Source: Thiohalorhabdus sp. | GTDB lineage: Bacteria > Pseudomonadota > Gammaproteobacteria > Thiohalorhabdales > Thiohalorhabdaceae | Length of the DNA: 64,000 bases | NCBI RefSeq assembly: GCF_036628635.1 | Contig: NZ_JAZKRM010000011.1 | Coordinates: forward strand, 3,468 to 67,467 | Direction of reading: 5' to 3' | Shown: positions 7,829 to 18,495 of the stretch, piece by piece | Position numbering within the stretch: position 1 is the stretch's first letter | Layout: every line of letters starts with the position of its first letter | The notes under the pieces: model-generated | The model's input: the letters and a program-made list of their open reading frames with translations, nothing else | What the model was told of the DNA's origin: nothing | The model's database searches: none | Position numbers and translations under genes: made by a program

Positions 7829-9451
7829 ATGCCCGAGACAGACCTGATCCCCATCGAGATCTTCTTCCAGAAGTCCGATCTGGTGGTCACTTTCCTGTTG
7901 GTCCTGCTGGGGATCGCCTTCGGAAACCTGACCATTAAGGGCGTGGGCTTCGGCTCCAGCGGCGTGCTGATTGTCGCCATGGTGGCCGGCTACTTCTACC
8001 AGTTCGACGCGGTTCCCATCCTTGCCGACCTGGGCATCGTCCTGTTTCTGCTGTGCGTGGGCCTGGAGGCCGGACCCAGCTTCTTCCGGGCCTTCAAGCA
8101 GCACGGCCGGCGCTTCATCACCAATGTCCTGGTGCTGCTGGCCATCTCCGGGGTCAACACCGTCGCCATCATCGCCCTTTTCGGCATCCCCGTGGGGATA
8201 GGGCTGGGACTGTTCGCCGGCTCCTTCACCTCCAGTCCGGCGCTGATCAGCGCGCTCCAGTTCCAAGCCGAGGAGGAGGTCATCTTCGGCTACGGGGTGG
8301 CCTATCCCTTCGGCCTGATCGGGGTGATCCTGTTCATCAGCATCGCCGTGCGCCTGCTTAGGGACAAGATGGCAGCGGAGGTCCAGGCCAGGACCCGCCT
8401 GCATGCGGCGGTGTTCAAGCTCCATAGCGAGGACCTCCACGGCAAACTGCTGCGGGACGTAGATCTGTTCCGCGAGCACGAGGTGGTCGTCTCCGGCATC
8501 CTGAGGGACCTGTCCGTGCGCCCTGCCAGCGGAAGCTCCGTACTGCAGAAGGGCGACATCCTGCGCCTGGAGGGCATGCCCAAGGACGTCCAAGCGGTTG
8601 GCGAGGTCATCGGCGATGAGGTCCACGAGACCTTCGACGAGCATTCCGAGCTAGACACCCGCTCCATCGTGGTGGAGAACACCTCGGTCCTGAACCGCTC
8701 GCCGCGCGACCTGGGGCTTCGTCTGCGCTTCAATGCCACCCTGACCCGAGTCATACGCTCCAACCTGGAGTTCGTGCCCAGCGAGGACGAGCCGCTGGCC
8801 TACGGGGACGTGGTGATGGCGGTGGGCACGCCCTATCAGCTGGACCAGCTGGAGTTGTTCCTGGGCCATGAGCACCACACCGTCCAGCGCCGCGTGGACA
8901 TCGGCTCCCTGGCCGCCATCCTGTTCATCGCCTTCGCCATCGGCGGGCTGGTGGTGCCGATCCCGGGGCTTGGGCCCTTCTCGCTGGGCATCGCCGGCGG
9001 CGCCCTGGTGGCGGGGCTGATCTTCGGGCACTTCGGCCGCATCGGCAACTTCATCGGCCGCTTCCCGCGCAACGCCACGGCGGTGCTCAAGGAGCTGGGC
9101 CTGGCCCTGTTCTTCGTCCAGGTGGGCCTGGAGACGGGTCAGAGCTTCGTGGAGTCCCTGGACTTCCAGGCCGTCTATTACGCCTTCTACGCCGTCCTGC
9201 TGGCGGTGGTGCCGATGGCGGGCAGCTTCCTCATCGGCCACTACCTGCTCCGGATCCCGGTCAGCGAGTGCTTCGGCGTCATCTGCGGCGGCATGACCTT
9301 CACCCCCGGCCTGGACATCATCCGCCAGGTGGACAGCTCCGAGCGGCCCATCGTGGCCTACTCCTCGGTGTATCCCGTGGCCCTGATCCTGGTGATCGCC
9401 CTGGTCCAGGGCATGCACCTGGTGCTGATGAGCCTGGGCGCCACCGGCTGA
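7829..9451 (+). CDS. YidE/YbjL-family (AAE) transporter with two central TrkA-C/RCK-C domains
   Basis: Duplicated membrane halves flank two RCK-C-like soluble segments (HGKLLRDVDLF..VVVSGILRD, RSPRDLGLRLRFNATLTRVIR). Confidence 0.85.
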   Translation: MPETDLIPIEIFFQKSDLVVTFLLVLLGIAFGNLTIKGVGFGSSGVLIVAMVAGYFYQFDAVPILADLGIVLFLLCVGLEAGPSFFRAFKQHGRRFITNVLVLLAISGVNTVAIIALFGIPVGIGLGLFAGSFTSSPALISALQFQAEEEVIFGYGVAYPFGLIGVILFISIAVRLLRDKMAAEVQARTRLHAAVFKLHSEDLHGKLLRDVDLFREHEVVVSGILRDLSVRPASGSSVLQKGDILRLEGMPKDVQAVGEVIGDEVHETFDEHSELDTRSIVVENTSVLNRSPRDLGLRLRFNATLTRVIRSNLEFVPSEDEPLAYGDVVMAVGTPYQLDQLELFLGHEHHTVQRRVDIGSLAAILFIAFAIGGLVVPIPGLGPFSLGIAGGALVAGLIFGHFGRIGNFIGRFPRNATAVLKELGLALFFVQVGLETGQSFVESLDFQAVYYAFYAVLLAVVPMAGSFLIGHYLLRIPVSECFGVICGGMTFTPGLDIIRQVDSSERPIVAYSSVYPVALILVIALVQGMHLVLMSLGATG

Positions 9452-9593
9452 GAGCCCCTTGCCGGTCACGTTGGGCCGGTCCCCGTTGAATCCCGCGCCG
9501 CAAGTCCGCACAATCGCGCGCCAAAACCCTACTGAAACGGTCGGACTTTGCTCCGGTCCAAACGGCATAATCCCCGGTCGAGAAAAGCCAGCC

Positions 9594-11096
9594 ATGAGCG
9601 ATACCCCAGCCGCCATTACCGAGCCCCTGACCCTGGCCAACAGCTACCTGGACCTGCCCGAGGGCTGCTACGCCCGGGTGGGACCCACCGAGGTGTCCCA
9701 GCCCCAGTTGCTGCGCATCAACCGGCCCCTGGCCGAGCAATTGGGTCTGGACCCCGAGGCGCTGGCCGCTCCGGAGGGCCTGGCGGCCCTGGCCGGCAAC
9801 CGCGTGCCGGAGGGCGCCGAGCCCCTGGCGCTGGCCTATGCGGGGCATCAGTTCGGCAACTTCGTGCCCCAGCTCGGCGACGGCCGGGCGGTGCTGCTGG
9901 GCGAGGTCACCGACCGGTCGGGGGTGCGGCGTGACCTCCAGCTCAAGGGCGCCGGGCGCACGCCGTTCTCCCGCGCCGGCGACGGCCGCGCCTCCCTGGG
10001 CCCGGTGATCCGCGAGTACCTGGTGAGCGAGGGCATAGCGGGTCTGGGCATCCCCACCACGCGCGCCCTGGCCATGGTGGCCACCGGCGACCCGGTGCTG
10101 CGCCAGCGGGTCGAGCCCGGGGGCGTGATCACGCGGATGGCCGCCGGCCACGTGCGGGTGGGGACCTTCGAGTACTTCTTCCGCCGCGGTGACTACGACA
10201 CCGTCCGAGCCCTGGCGGACTACGTCATCGAGCGCCACTACCCGGCGCTGGCTGAGTCCGACCAGCCCTACAAGGACCTGATCGAGGCGGTGGCGACCCG
10301 CACCGCCGACCTGGTGGCCGACTGGCTGCTGGTGGGCTTCATCCACGGCGTCATGAACACCGACAACATTGCCCTGTCCGGCGAGACCCTGGACTACGGC
10401 CCGTGCGCCTTCATGGACGACTACCACCCGGCTACCGTTTACAGCTCTATCGATACCGGCGGCCGTTACGCCTACGATCAGCAGCCCACCATCGCCCACT
10501 GGGATCTGGCCCGCTTCGCCGAGACCCTGCTGCCGTTGCTGGCCGACGATCCGGACGAGGCCCTGCCCATCGCCAAGGAGGCTTTGGACGCCTACGAGCC
10601 CCGCTTCTCGGCCAGCTACCACGCCGGGCTGCAGCGCAAGCTGGGCCTGACCGAGGACCGCGATTCGGATCCGGACCTGGCCATGGACCTGCTGGGGCGC
10701 ATGGCCGCCCAGGGCGCGGACTTTACCCTGACCTTCCGGCGCCTATCCGAGCTCGGCAGCGAACCGGATGAGGCCGACGAAGCCGTGCGCGCCCTGTTCG
10801 CCGACCCCGCCTCTTTCGATGCCTGGGCCATCGCCTGGCGCAGCCGGCTGGCCGCCGAGGGCAGCGACGACGCGGCCCGCCGGGACGCCATGCGCGCCGT
10901 CAATCCCGCCTACATCCCCCGCAATCATCGGGTGGAACAGGCCATCACCGCCGCGATGGACCACGGCGACTTGGCCCCCATCGACGAACTGCTCACCGTC
11001 CTCACCGACCCCTTTGCCGACCATCCCGGCTACGAGCACCTGGCCGCGCCGCCGGCCTCCCACGAAGTGGTGACCCAGACCTTCTGCGGCACCTAA
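9594..11096 (+). CDS. selO: protein adenylyltransferase SelO (YdiU family)
   Basis: Family motifs HQFGNFVPQLGDGRAVLLGEV, KGAGRTPFSRAGDGRA, VRVGTFEYF and HGVMNTDNIALSGETLDYGPCAFMD. Confidence 0.9.
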   Translation: MSDTPAAITEPLTLANSYLDLPEGCYARVGPTEVSQPQLLRINRPLAEQLGLDPEALAAPEGLAALAGNRVPEGAEPLALAYAGHQFGNFVPQLGDGRAVLLGEVTDRSGVRRDLQLKGAGRTPFSRAGDGRASLGPVIREYLVSEGIAGLGIPTTRALAMVATGDPVLRQRVEPGGVITRMAAGHVRVGTFEYFFRRGDYDTVRALADYVIERHYPALAESDQPYKDLIEAVATRTADLVADWLLVGFIHGVMNTDNIALSGETLDYGPCAFMDDYHPATVYSSIDTGGRYAYDQQPTIAHWDLARFAETLLPLLADDPDEALPIAKEALDAYEPRFSASYHAGLQRKLGLTEDRDSDPDLAMDLLGRMAAQGADFTLTFRRLSELGSEPDEADEAVRALFADPASFDAWAIAWRSRLAAEGSDDAARRDAMRAVNPAYIPRNHRVEQAITAAMDHGDLAPIDELLTVLTDPFADHPGYEHLAAPPASHEVVTQTFCGT

Positions 11097-11248
11097 ACCC
11101 GAGCAGTGACCAACAGCTTGTAGCAGAATAGCCCTGACGCTGCCCGAAAGACTGTGGCATGCTTCTAATACGTCCCCTGGTGGGGGCGAGACATGCGCTC
11201 TGCCGCGGCCTGACGGCGAGGCAGACACGGTTCCTGGAGCAGGGCCTG

Positions 11249-11785
11249 ATGGATACCACCTCGTTCGAGCGGCGGATTGCCATAGGGGCGCGCTGGATTA
11301 CGATCCTGGCGGTTTTGGGGACCTCCCTCGGCTCCTTCCTGATGATCTTTATCGGGCTTCAGGAGACGTACCTGGCTTTCCGGGTCCAGATCGAGGCGGC
11401 TCCCGGGCCCTTGCCGCCCAGCCACGCCAGTGCCGTCCATCTGATCGGGGCCTTGAGCCGCTTCGTGATGGCAATCGTCCTGCTGTACTTCGCCTTCGGC
11501 ATTTATCTGCTCTTCCTGCGGCCGGACCAGCCGGCGGAGGGGCTGGGCGTGCCCCGCTGGCTCTACGTGGAGGGCATCGGCCAGCTCAAGCAGACCCTGG
11601 CCGAGGCCATTCTGGTGGTGCTGTTCGTGCTCTTCCTGCGCATCGCAGTGGAGACCTTCCTGGCCCAGGGACTGGACTTTGACTTGAAGGAGATGGTGAC
11701 CCTGCTCATCCTCCCCATGGCCATCTTCCTGCTGGCGGCGGCGCTCAAGCTCGCCGAGCTTGATCCCAAATCCAAGCAGCGGTAA
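11249..11785 (+). CDS. yqhA: YqhA-family (UPF0114) inner membrane protein
   Basis: Start MDTTSFERRIAIGARWITILAVLGTSLGSFLM and overall four-helix membrane layout typical of UPF0114. Confidence 0.65.
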   Translation: MDTTSFERRIAIGARWITILAVLGTSLGSFLMIFIGLQETYLAFRVQIEAAPGPLPPSHASAVHLIGALSRFVMAIVLLYFAFGIYLLFLRPDQPAEGLGVPRWLYVEGIGQLKQTLAEAILVVLFVLFLRIAVETFLAQGLDFDLKEMVTLLILPMAIFLLAAALKLAELDPKSKQR

Positions 11786-11819
11786 TGCTGCCTGGTCGCG
11801 CCTCGCAAAACGCCGGGAG

Positions 11820-13865
11820 ATGCTGATGATGGTGCCCCGACCATTGGCAGGTACCGTTGTGATTGGATGCCTGGCCCTGGGCCCGGCCGGCGCCGAGGAG
11901 GCGACCCTGGATCCCGTAACGGTTACCGCCCCGCGGCTGGAGCGGCCGATGGCCGATACCCCAGCGGCCATTACCCGCGTTGGGGCAGGAGAGCGACGCG
12001 GTCGGCGTGGCCTGACCCTGGACGAGGGCCTGGAAGCCGTGCCGGGGGTGTTCTTCCAGAACCGGCATAACTTTGCCCAGGGCCTGCGCATCTCTTCCCG
12101 GGGCTTCGGTGCCCGGGCCGCCTTTGGCATCCGGGGGCTGCGCCTGCGCCTCGACGGCTTGCCGCTGACCCTGCCCGACGGCCAGTCCCAGGTGGACACC
12201 ATCGACCTGGACAGCGTTACCTCGGTGGAAGTGCGCCGGGGGCCGGCGTCGGTGCTCTACGGCAACGCCACCGGCGGCGTCCTCGACATCCGCACGGCCG
12301 AGGGCTTCGCCATGGCGCACAGCCCCCTGGTGCGGGTCCAGACCGGGTCTTACGGCTTCCGCAAGGCTAGCTGGCGCTCCGGCGGGGCGGGGCAAAGATG
12401 GGCATTCCACCTCTCGGGCACGGCCCAGGTCCTGGACGGCCACCGCGAGCAGAGCGGCTCCAAAAAACGCTTGGCCCGAGCCAGCGCTACCCGGCGGTTC
12501 GACGGCGGCCGCGAGCTGCGGCTCATCGCCGGGGCCATGGACACCCCCTTCGCGGAGGACCCCGGCGGCCTGACCAGGGCGCAGTTGGCCGACAACCCCA
12601 GCCAGGCCGATCCCGACGCGGTCCTCCTGGACGCCGGACAGACGGTTGAGCAGCAGGATGTCGGCGCCGTCTGGACCGATCCAGCGACCCTGCCCGGCGA
12701 GCTCTCCGCCCGCGCCTTCGCCAGTCGGCGGGACTTCGAGCAGCAGCTGCCGTTCGTCTACCCCGGGGCGGAAAACCGGGTGGGCTACCAACGCGCCTTC
12801 TACGGCACCCGTCTGGAGTACGCCGACCGGGCCAACTGGGCAGGTTGGCCGGTAAAGGGGCTGGTGGGGATCGATGCGGACCGCCAGGCGGATGATCGGG
12901 TGCGCTTTGTGGTGGACTCGGATCGGGTGGTCCGGAACCAGACGGTGGAGGAGCGCCAGACGGCCATCGCCGCCGGGGTCTTTGGCCGGCTGGGGGTAGA
13001 GCTGACCGAGGCTACCGGGGTCACCCTGGGGCTGCGTCTGGACCGGTTGCGCCTGGCCGTGGACGATCGCCTGCCCACTCCCACCGATGATTCCGGTGCC
13101 CGCACCTTTACCGAGCCCAGCGCCGGCCTGGGTTTGACCCGTTCCCTAGGCCCCCACACCCTCTACGCCAATATCGCCACGGCCTTCGAGAGCCCCACCT
13201 TCGTGGAACTGGCCGACCCGTCCGGAGGCGGCGGTTTCAATCCGGCCCTGGAGCCGCAGAAGGCGGTCAACCGCGAAGTGGGCGCGCGCGGCCCGCTGGG
13301 CGGGCTGGGTAGCTACGAGCTGGCGGCCTTCTCCGTGCGGGTGCGCGAGGAGCTGGTTCCCTTCCACAAGGGCGGGCGCACCTTCTTTGAGAACGCCGCC
13401 GGCACCCGCCGCCAGGGTATCGAGGCGGGCCTGGACTTGAGCCCGGCCGTCGGCTGGACCTTACAGGGAGCTGTGACGCTGGCGGACTATCGGTTCACGG
13501 AGTTCGAGGATCGGGCCGGCAACGACTACGCGGGCAACCGTTTGCCTGGCCTACCCCCCTACCACGGCGATCTGAAGGTGCGCAGGGAAGGCGAGCGGGG
13601 CTACGGCGAGGTGGCGCTGCGCCACGTGGGGCCGGTCTATGCCGACAACGCCAACAGCGAAGAGGCGGATCCTTACAACGTGGTGGACCTGCGGGCGGGG
13701 CGGCGCTGGTCCCTGGGCGGGGATCGCCGGCTGACGCTGTTCGGGGTCGTGGCCAATGTCTTCGATGCGACCTACCCGGCCAATGTGCGGGTGAACACGG
13801 GTCCGGCCTATTACGAGCCAGCCCCTGGGCGGACCTTCCATGCCGGCGTTGAGCTAGGGTTCTAG
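11820..13865 (+). CDS. TonB-dependent outer membrane receptor
   Basis: Signal peptide, plug-domain motifs (LDPVTVTA, VPGVFFQNRHNFAQGLRISSRGFG, GPASVLYGNATGGVL) and a C-terminal beta-barrel ending GVELGF. The exact start lies among three adjacent Met codons and is uncertain. Confidence 0.9.
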   Translation: MLMMVPRPLAGTVVIGCLALGPAGAEEATLDPVTVTAPRLERPMADTPAAITRVGAGERRGRRGLTLDEGLEAVPGVFFQNRHNFAQGLRISSRGFGARAAFGIRGLRLRLDGLPLTLPDGQSQVDTIDLDSVTSVEVRRGPASVLYGNATGGVLDIRTAEGFAMAHSPLVRVQTGSYGFRKASWRSGGAGQRWAFHLSGTAQVLDGHREQSGSKKRLARASATRRFDGGRELRLIAGAMDTPFAEDPGGLTRAQLADNPSQADPDAVLLDAGQTVEQQDVGAVWTDPATLPGELSARAFASRRDFEQQLPFVYPGAENRVGYQRAFYGTRLEYADRANWAGWPVKGLVGIDADRQADDRVRFVVDSDRVVRNQTVEERQTAIAAGVFGRLGVELTEATGVTLGLRLDRLRLAVDDRLPTPTDDSGARTFTEPSAGLGLTRSLGPHTLYANIATAFESPTFVELADPSGGGGFNPALEPQKAVNREVGARGPLGGLGSYELAAFSVRVREELVPFHKGGRTFFENAAGTRRQGIEAGLDLSPAVGWTLQGAVTLADYRFTEFEDRAGNDYAGNRLPGLPPYHGDLKVRREGERGYGEVALRHVGPVYADNANSEEADPYNVVDLRAGRRWSLGGDRRLTLFGVVANVFDATYPANVRVNTGPAYYEPAPGRTFHAGVELGF

Positions 13866-14968
13866 TCGGGTGTCACCCGCAGCAGCCGGCCGTTGTTGTG
13901 GTCGGTGAGGACATGGAGCGCCTCGCCTGGCCCCTGGGCCACGGCCCGGATGCGCCATCCCCGATCGCCCAGCAGCTCCGTTTCGGCGGATATCTCCCTA
14001 CCGTCGAGCTCCAGGCGCGCCAGGTGGGTCAGGGCCAAGGCCCCCACGAAAAGGTCGCCCCGCCACTCGGGATAACGCTGACCGTTGTAGAAGGCCATGC
14101 CCGAGGGGGCGATGCTCGGCGTCCAGTGGTGGATGGGGTCGGCCAGTCCGGGGACGGTATCGGGTGCGATCGCGGGGCCGTGGTACTCCCGGCCGTAGGT
14201 CTGCTTGGGCCAGCCGAAGTTGGCGCCGGCCTCGGGGATGTTGATCTCGTCGCCGCCACGGGGGCCGTGCTCGTGGATCCAGACCTCGCCGGTTTCGGGA
14301 TGGACGGCCATGCCCTGGGGATTGCGGTGGCCGTAGCTGAAGATGGCGTCGCGGGCGCCGGGGCGGTCGGTGAAGGGATTGTCGGCGGGGACGGAGCCGT
14401 CGGGGTGCAGCCGCAGCACCGAGCCGTTGTGATCGCCCAGGTCCTGGGCACGGTCGCGCTCGCCGCGCTCGCCCACGGTCATCCACAGGTAACCCTCATC
14501 GTCGAAGACGATGCGGGAGCCGAAGTGCTTGGTGCTGGAAACGAAGGGGGTGGCCACGAACAGGGTCTCGAAGGCCGCCAGGCGATCGCCGTCCAGGCGC
14601 CCGCGGCCCAGGTGGGTGGCGTTGCCGCCGTCGCCGGCGCCGGACCAGGTGAGGTAGACCAGGCGGTTGTCGGCGAAGTCGGAATCCAGCTCGATGTCGA
14701 GCAGACCCCCCTGATTGCGGGCGTCCACCTCCGGGACGCCGCCGATGGCGGTGCGCTCGCCGCTTTGCGGATCCAGCCGCAGAAGTGCCCCGGAGCGCTC
14801 GGTGATTAGTAGGTCGCCGCCGGGCAGGGAGGCCATGGCCCAGGGGTGGTTGAGGCCTTCGGCCAGCGTGGTCACCTGGACCACACCTTCCGCCTGGGTG
14901 CCGGCCGGGCTGCAGCTCAGGGCGAACAGGGCCGTCAGGGCCATCAGCGAGGTGCGCAGGGCCGCCAT
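13862..14968 (-). CDS. PQQ-dependent soluble sugar dehydrogenase (YliI/Asd family)
   Basis: Signal peptide then GLNHPWAMASLPGG, GGLLDIELDSDFADN, HFGSRIVFDDEGYLW, HGPRGGDEINIPEAGANFGWP. AAGGAG lies upstream of the ATG at 14968. Confidence 0.9.
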   Translation of the reverse strand: MAALRTSLMALTALFALSCSPAGTQAEGVVQVTTLAEGLNHPWAMASLPGGDLLITERSGALLRLDPQSGERTAIGGVPEVDARNQGGLLDIELDSDFADNRLVYLTWSGAGDGGNATHLGRGRLDGDRLAAFETLFVATPFVSSTKHFGSRIVFDDEGYLWMTVGERGERDRAQDLGDHNGSVLRLHPDGSVPADNPFTDRPGARDAIFSYGHRNPQGMAVHPETGEVWIHEHGPRGGDEINIPEAGANFGWPKQTYGREYHGPAIAPDTVPGLADPIHHWTPSIAPSGMAFYNGQRYPEWRGDLFVGALALTHLARLELDGREISAETELLGDRGWRIRAVAQGPGEALHVLTDHNNGRLLRVTPD

Positions 14969-15173
14969 GGGCGCCTCCTTGCCGAGGGGTGGGGAAGGGC
15001 CGTAAAGGCCCTTGCGTGCGCGCCGCCCGGCAATTATAGCAGAGCCGGCAGCGGGCCGCCTCATTAGCCAAGCCTCTCCGGTTTCAGCTGGTCAACCGGC
15101 GCCGGGGCGGCGCAAAATGGGAATTAGGGGCGGAGACCCGCCCCAGGGTGCAACGACGGCAACCGGAGGTCTC

Positions 15174-16823
15174 ATGAAGGCGTCGGATCTGCTCGTCAAG
15201 GCCCTCGAGCGCGAAGGCATCGACTACGTCTTCGGCGTACCCGGAGAGGAGAATGCCGACTTTGTCCAGTCGCTGGCATCCTCCACGCGGATAAGGCTGG
15301 TGCTCACCCGCCAGGAGCAGGGGGCAGCCTTCATGGCCGAGGCCTACGGCAAGCTGACCGGGAACCCGGCGGTGTGCCTGGGCACGCTGGGGCCCGGCGC
15401 CACCAACCTGACCACCGGCGTCGCCGATGCCAACATGGACCACGCCCCCATGCTGGTGCTCACCGGTCAGGGCGCGACAACCCGCCAGCACAAGGAAAGC
15501 CATCAGGTCATGGATGTGGTGCGCATGTACCGGCCCATCACCAAATGGGCACAGGCGGTACAGCACCCGGACAGCATCCCCGAAATGGTTCGCAAGGCGG
15601 TGCGCACCGCGCGGGGCGAAAAGCCGGGGGCGGTGCATCTGGAGCTGGCCGAGGACGTGGCCAAGATGGAGGCCTCCAAGCAGCCCCTGGAGCCGCGCCG
15701 TTTCCGCCGTCCGGGCGCCGATGACAAGGTCGCGGATCAGGCCTTTGAGCTCATCCGCAGCGCCGCTTCGCCGATCATCATCGCCGGCAACGGCGCGGTG
15801 CGGAAGCGGGCATCGAACCAGCTACGCCGGCTGGCCGAGCGCACGGGCATCCCCGTCACCACCACCTTTATGGGCAAGGGCGCGGTGGACTACACCGCCG
15901 ACTATGCCCTCTACACCATCGGTCTGGGCCAGTGGGACCACGTCGCCGACGCCGTCCTGGACGCGGACCTGGTCATCACCGTGGGCTACGATCTGGTGGA
16001 GTACCCGCCCCGGTTGTGGAATCCGGATGCCGGCGAGACCATCATCCACATCGATTTCGAGCCCGCCGAGATCGATCGCGAGTATCATCCCCACGTGGAG
16101 CTCGTGGGCGACATCGCCCACGCTTTGTGGCAGCTCGACCGGCGCTTCGAGCGCGACGGCGTGCCCAACTTCGATTTCACGGCCCAGAAGGCGGCCCGTG
16201 CCCGCATGCAGGCCGATCTCGAAGAGCACGCCGGGGATGACACGGAAGGCACCATTCGGCCCCAGAAGGCGATATGGGACGTGCGCCAGGCCCTCGGGCC
16301 CGAGGACATCGTGCTCTCCGGGGTGGGCGCCCACAAGATGTGGGTGGGCCGTCACTACCACTGCCATTCGCCCAATACCTGCCTGATTCCCAACGGCTTC
16401 TGCTCCATGGGCATGCCCCTGGCGGGTGCCATCGGTGCCTCCCTGGTGGCCGACGGCCGCAAGGTGGTGGGCATCGCCGGGGACGGCGATTTCCTGATGA
16501 ATCTTCAGGAGATGGAAACCGCCAGCCGGCTGGGCGCCGACATCGTCATGCTGGTTTGGGAGGACGACCGCTACGGCCTCATCGCCTGGAAACAGGACGA
16601 GCAGTTCGGCAGCCATACCGACCTGGCCTTCGACAACCCCGAATGGCTGGGACTTGCCCAGTGCTTCGGCTGGCACGGCCAGTACGTGGCCAACGCCCGC
16701 GATCTGCGTCCGGCCCTGGATGCAGCCCTGGCCCACGACGGGCCGTCGCTGGTGGTCATACCGGTAGACTACAGCGAGAACATGAAGCTGTCGAAGCGTT
16801 TGGGGGTTTTCACGGGGGAGTGA
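15174..16823 (+). CDS. thiamine-diphosphate enzyme of the acetolactate synthase (AlsS/IlvB) family
   Basis: N-terminal TPP-pyrimidine domain (GIDYVFGVPGEEN, GPGATNLTTGVADANMDHAPMLVLTGQ) and C-terminal TPP motif (GIAGDGDFLMNLQEMETA). Confidence 0.85.
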   Translation: MKASDLLVKALEREGIDYVFGVPGEENADFVQSLASSTRIRLVLTRQEQGAAFMAEAYGKLTGNPAVCLGTLGPGATNLTTGVADANMDHAPMLVLTGQGATTRQHKESHQVMDVVRMYRPITKWAQAVQHPDSIPEMVRKAVRTARGEKPGAVHLELAEDVAKMEASKQPLEPRRFRRPGADDKVADQAFELIRSAASPIIIAGNGAVRKRASNQLRRLAERTGIPVTTTFMGKGAVDYTADYALYTIGLGQWDHVADAVLDADLVITVGYDLVEYPPRLWNPDAGETIIHIDFEPAEIDREYHPHVELVGDIAHALWQLDRRFERDGVPNFDFTAQKAARARMQADLEEHAGDDTEGTIRPQKAIWDVRQALGPEDIVLSGVGAHKMWVGRHYHCHSPNTCLIPNGFCSMGMPLAGAIGASLVADGRKVVGIAGDGDFLMNLQEMETASRLGADIVMLVWEDDRYGLIAWKQDEQFGSHTDLAFDNPEWLGLAQCFGWHGQYVANARDLRPALDAALAHDGPSLVVIPVDYSENMKLSKRLGVFTGE

Positions 16824-16992
16824 GCTTTCCGAGCAGGGGTTGGGTACGACTGGCCCCCTTAATCTCCTTGCTCCTGCCCGACCCGACTTATGGGTGGAAG
16901 GTTGGGGAAGTCAGGATTCATTGTGTCCGCCGGGGCCCGCGGTTACCCTGCGGGCACAGGGGGATAGCCACGGCCGGCAAGGGGTCCAGCTT

Positions 16993-18282
16993 ATGCAAGC
17001 CAATGGCGACGTGCCCCACGGCTTTTACCGGACAATACTCGACCACCTCCGGGATGTCGTTTTCCAGACGGATGCCGAAGGACGTTGGGAATTCCTCAAC
17101 CCCGCCTGGACCGATATAACCGGCTTCGAGGTCGCACCTACCCTAGGCCGGTCATTTCTCGACTTTATCCACCCCGATGACCGCGATTGCCTGTTGGCCG
17201 AGTTTCAATCCTTAGCCGGCGGGGAAAAGGCTGTCTGCCACTATGAGACCCGTTATCTAACCAGCGAGGGCGGCCACCGCTGGATGGCCCTCCACGCACG
17301 GCGCATTGCGGGCAACCACGGCGAAATGGCCGGGGTTCTGGGCACCCTCACCGACATCACGGCGCGCAAGGAGCTGGAAGCGACCCTTAACAGGGAGAAG
17401 GAGCGGGCCCAGACCACCCTCCGATCCATTGGGGACGGGGTGATTGTCACCGAAGCGAACGGCCGCATCCAGCTCCTAAATCCCCAGGCCGAGCGTCTTC
17501 TGGGATGGTCGGCGGGCGCCGCCAGGGGGCGCCTCTTGGCCGAGGTGTTCCGAGTGACGGACGAGGCCGGTCAGCCCGTTTTGACCGAGCCGTCCGAGTG
17601 CCCGTCGGACCGGGTTACCGGCCAAGGCTCGGGGGTCAACGCCTGGCTGGACCGGGCGGAAGGGGAGCAGATGGCGGTGGAATGGTCCGCGGCCCCGGTG
17701 GCCGCCTTGGGGGAGGAGGAGCCCGGTTGCGTCGTGGTCTTCCGGAATGTGACCGCACAGCGCACCCTGCAGCAGCAGCTTGCCTATCAGGCTACCCACG
17801 ACGTCCTTACCGGCCTGCTTAATCGCGCCGCCTTGCAGGAGGCCATTGCCCACGAAGCGGCAAGGGCCGAGCGAAACGGCCACTCCTTTAGCCTGATCCT
17901 GCTGGACCTGGACCGCTTCAAGATGGCCAACGACAAATACGGCCACAACGCCGGCGACCGCGTTTTGGAGGCGATGGCCGAACGCATCCCGCGGCAAATG
18001 CGGGAAGCCGACTGGTTCGGGCGCTGGGGCGGCGAGGAGTTCCTGTGCCTTCTCCCCGGGGCAGGGAGCGAGCAAGCCGTGCGCATCGCGGAACGGCTCC
18101 GGACGGACATTATGGACCACCCGGTACCGCTGGAGGAGAACGCCATTCCCGTTACTGCCAGCTTCGGGGTGGCCACTTTCCCCGAGGATGCCCAGTCTAC
18201 CGAGGACCTGATCCGTATCGCTGACACCCGTCTCTACGAGGCCAAGCGTGCCGGCCGCAATCGGGTGGAGGCCGGGTGGTAG
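16993..18282 (+). CDS. PAS-PAS-GGDEF diguanylate cyclase
   Basis: Two PAS-like segments then the GGDEF domain (LTGLLNR, LILLDLDRFKMANDKYGHNAGD, GRWGGEEF, LYEAKRAGRNR). Confidence 0.9.
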   Translation: MQANGDVPHGFYRTILDHLRDVVFQTDAEGRWEFLNPAWTDITGFEVAPTLGRSFLDFIHPDDRDCLLAEFQSLAGGEKAVCHYETRYLTSEGGHRWMALHARRIAGNHGEMAGVLGTLTDITARKELEATLNREKERAQTTLRSIGDGVIVTEANGRIQLLNPQAERLLGWSAGAARGRLLAEVFRVTDEAGQPVLTEPSECPSDRVTGQGSGVNAWLDRAEGEQMAVEWSAAPVAALGEEEPGCVVVFRNVTAQRTLQQQLAYQATHDVLTGLLNRAALQEAIAHEAARAERNGHSFSLILLDLDRFKMANDKYGHNAGDRVLEAMAERIPRQMREADWFGRWGGEEFLCLLPGAGSEQAVRIAERLRTDIMDHPVPLEENAIPVTASFGVATFPEDAQSTEDLIRIADTRLYEAKRAGRNRVEAGW

Positions 18283-18291
18283 GAGGACAGG

Positions 18292-18495
18292 TTGATTCTG
18301 CCCAGGAGTGGCCGGCTCCAGCGGGCGCTTGATGAGGACCGGGTCCTGCCCGCCTACCAGCCCGTCGTGAATTTGGACACCGGTGAAGAGGTGGCAGAGG
18401 AGGACCTTTCCTGCCTACTGGAGGCGAACGGCGAGGTCCTGCCGGTCGGCCGGTTCATCGAGGGGGGCCTGGTGACTGAGCGGTCGACGCCCTAA
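18292..18495 (+). pseudogene. EAL-domain N-terminal stub (about 65 codons), remnant of a former GGDEF-EAL fusion
   Basis: LQRALDEDRVLPAYQPVVNLDTGEEVAEEDL...GEVLPVGRFIEGG matches the start of EAL domains, but the EAL triplet reads EDL. The remaining ~180 residues are absent. Confidence 0.6.
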
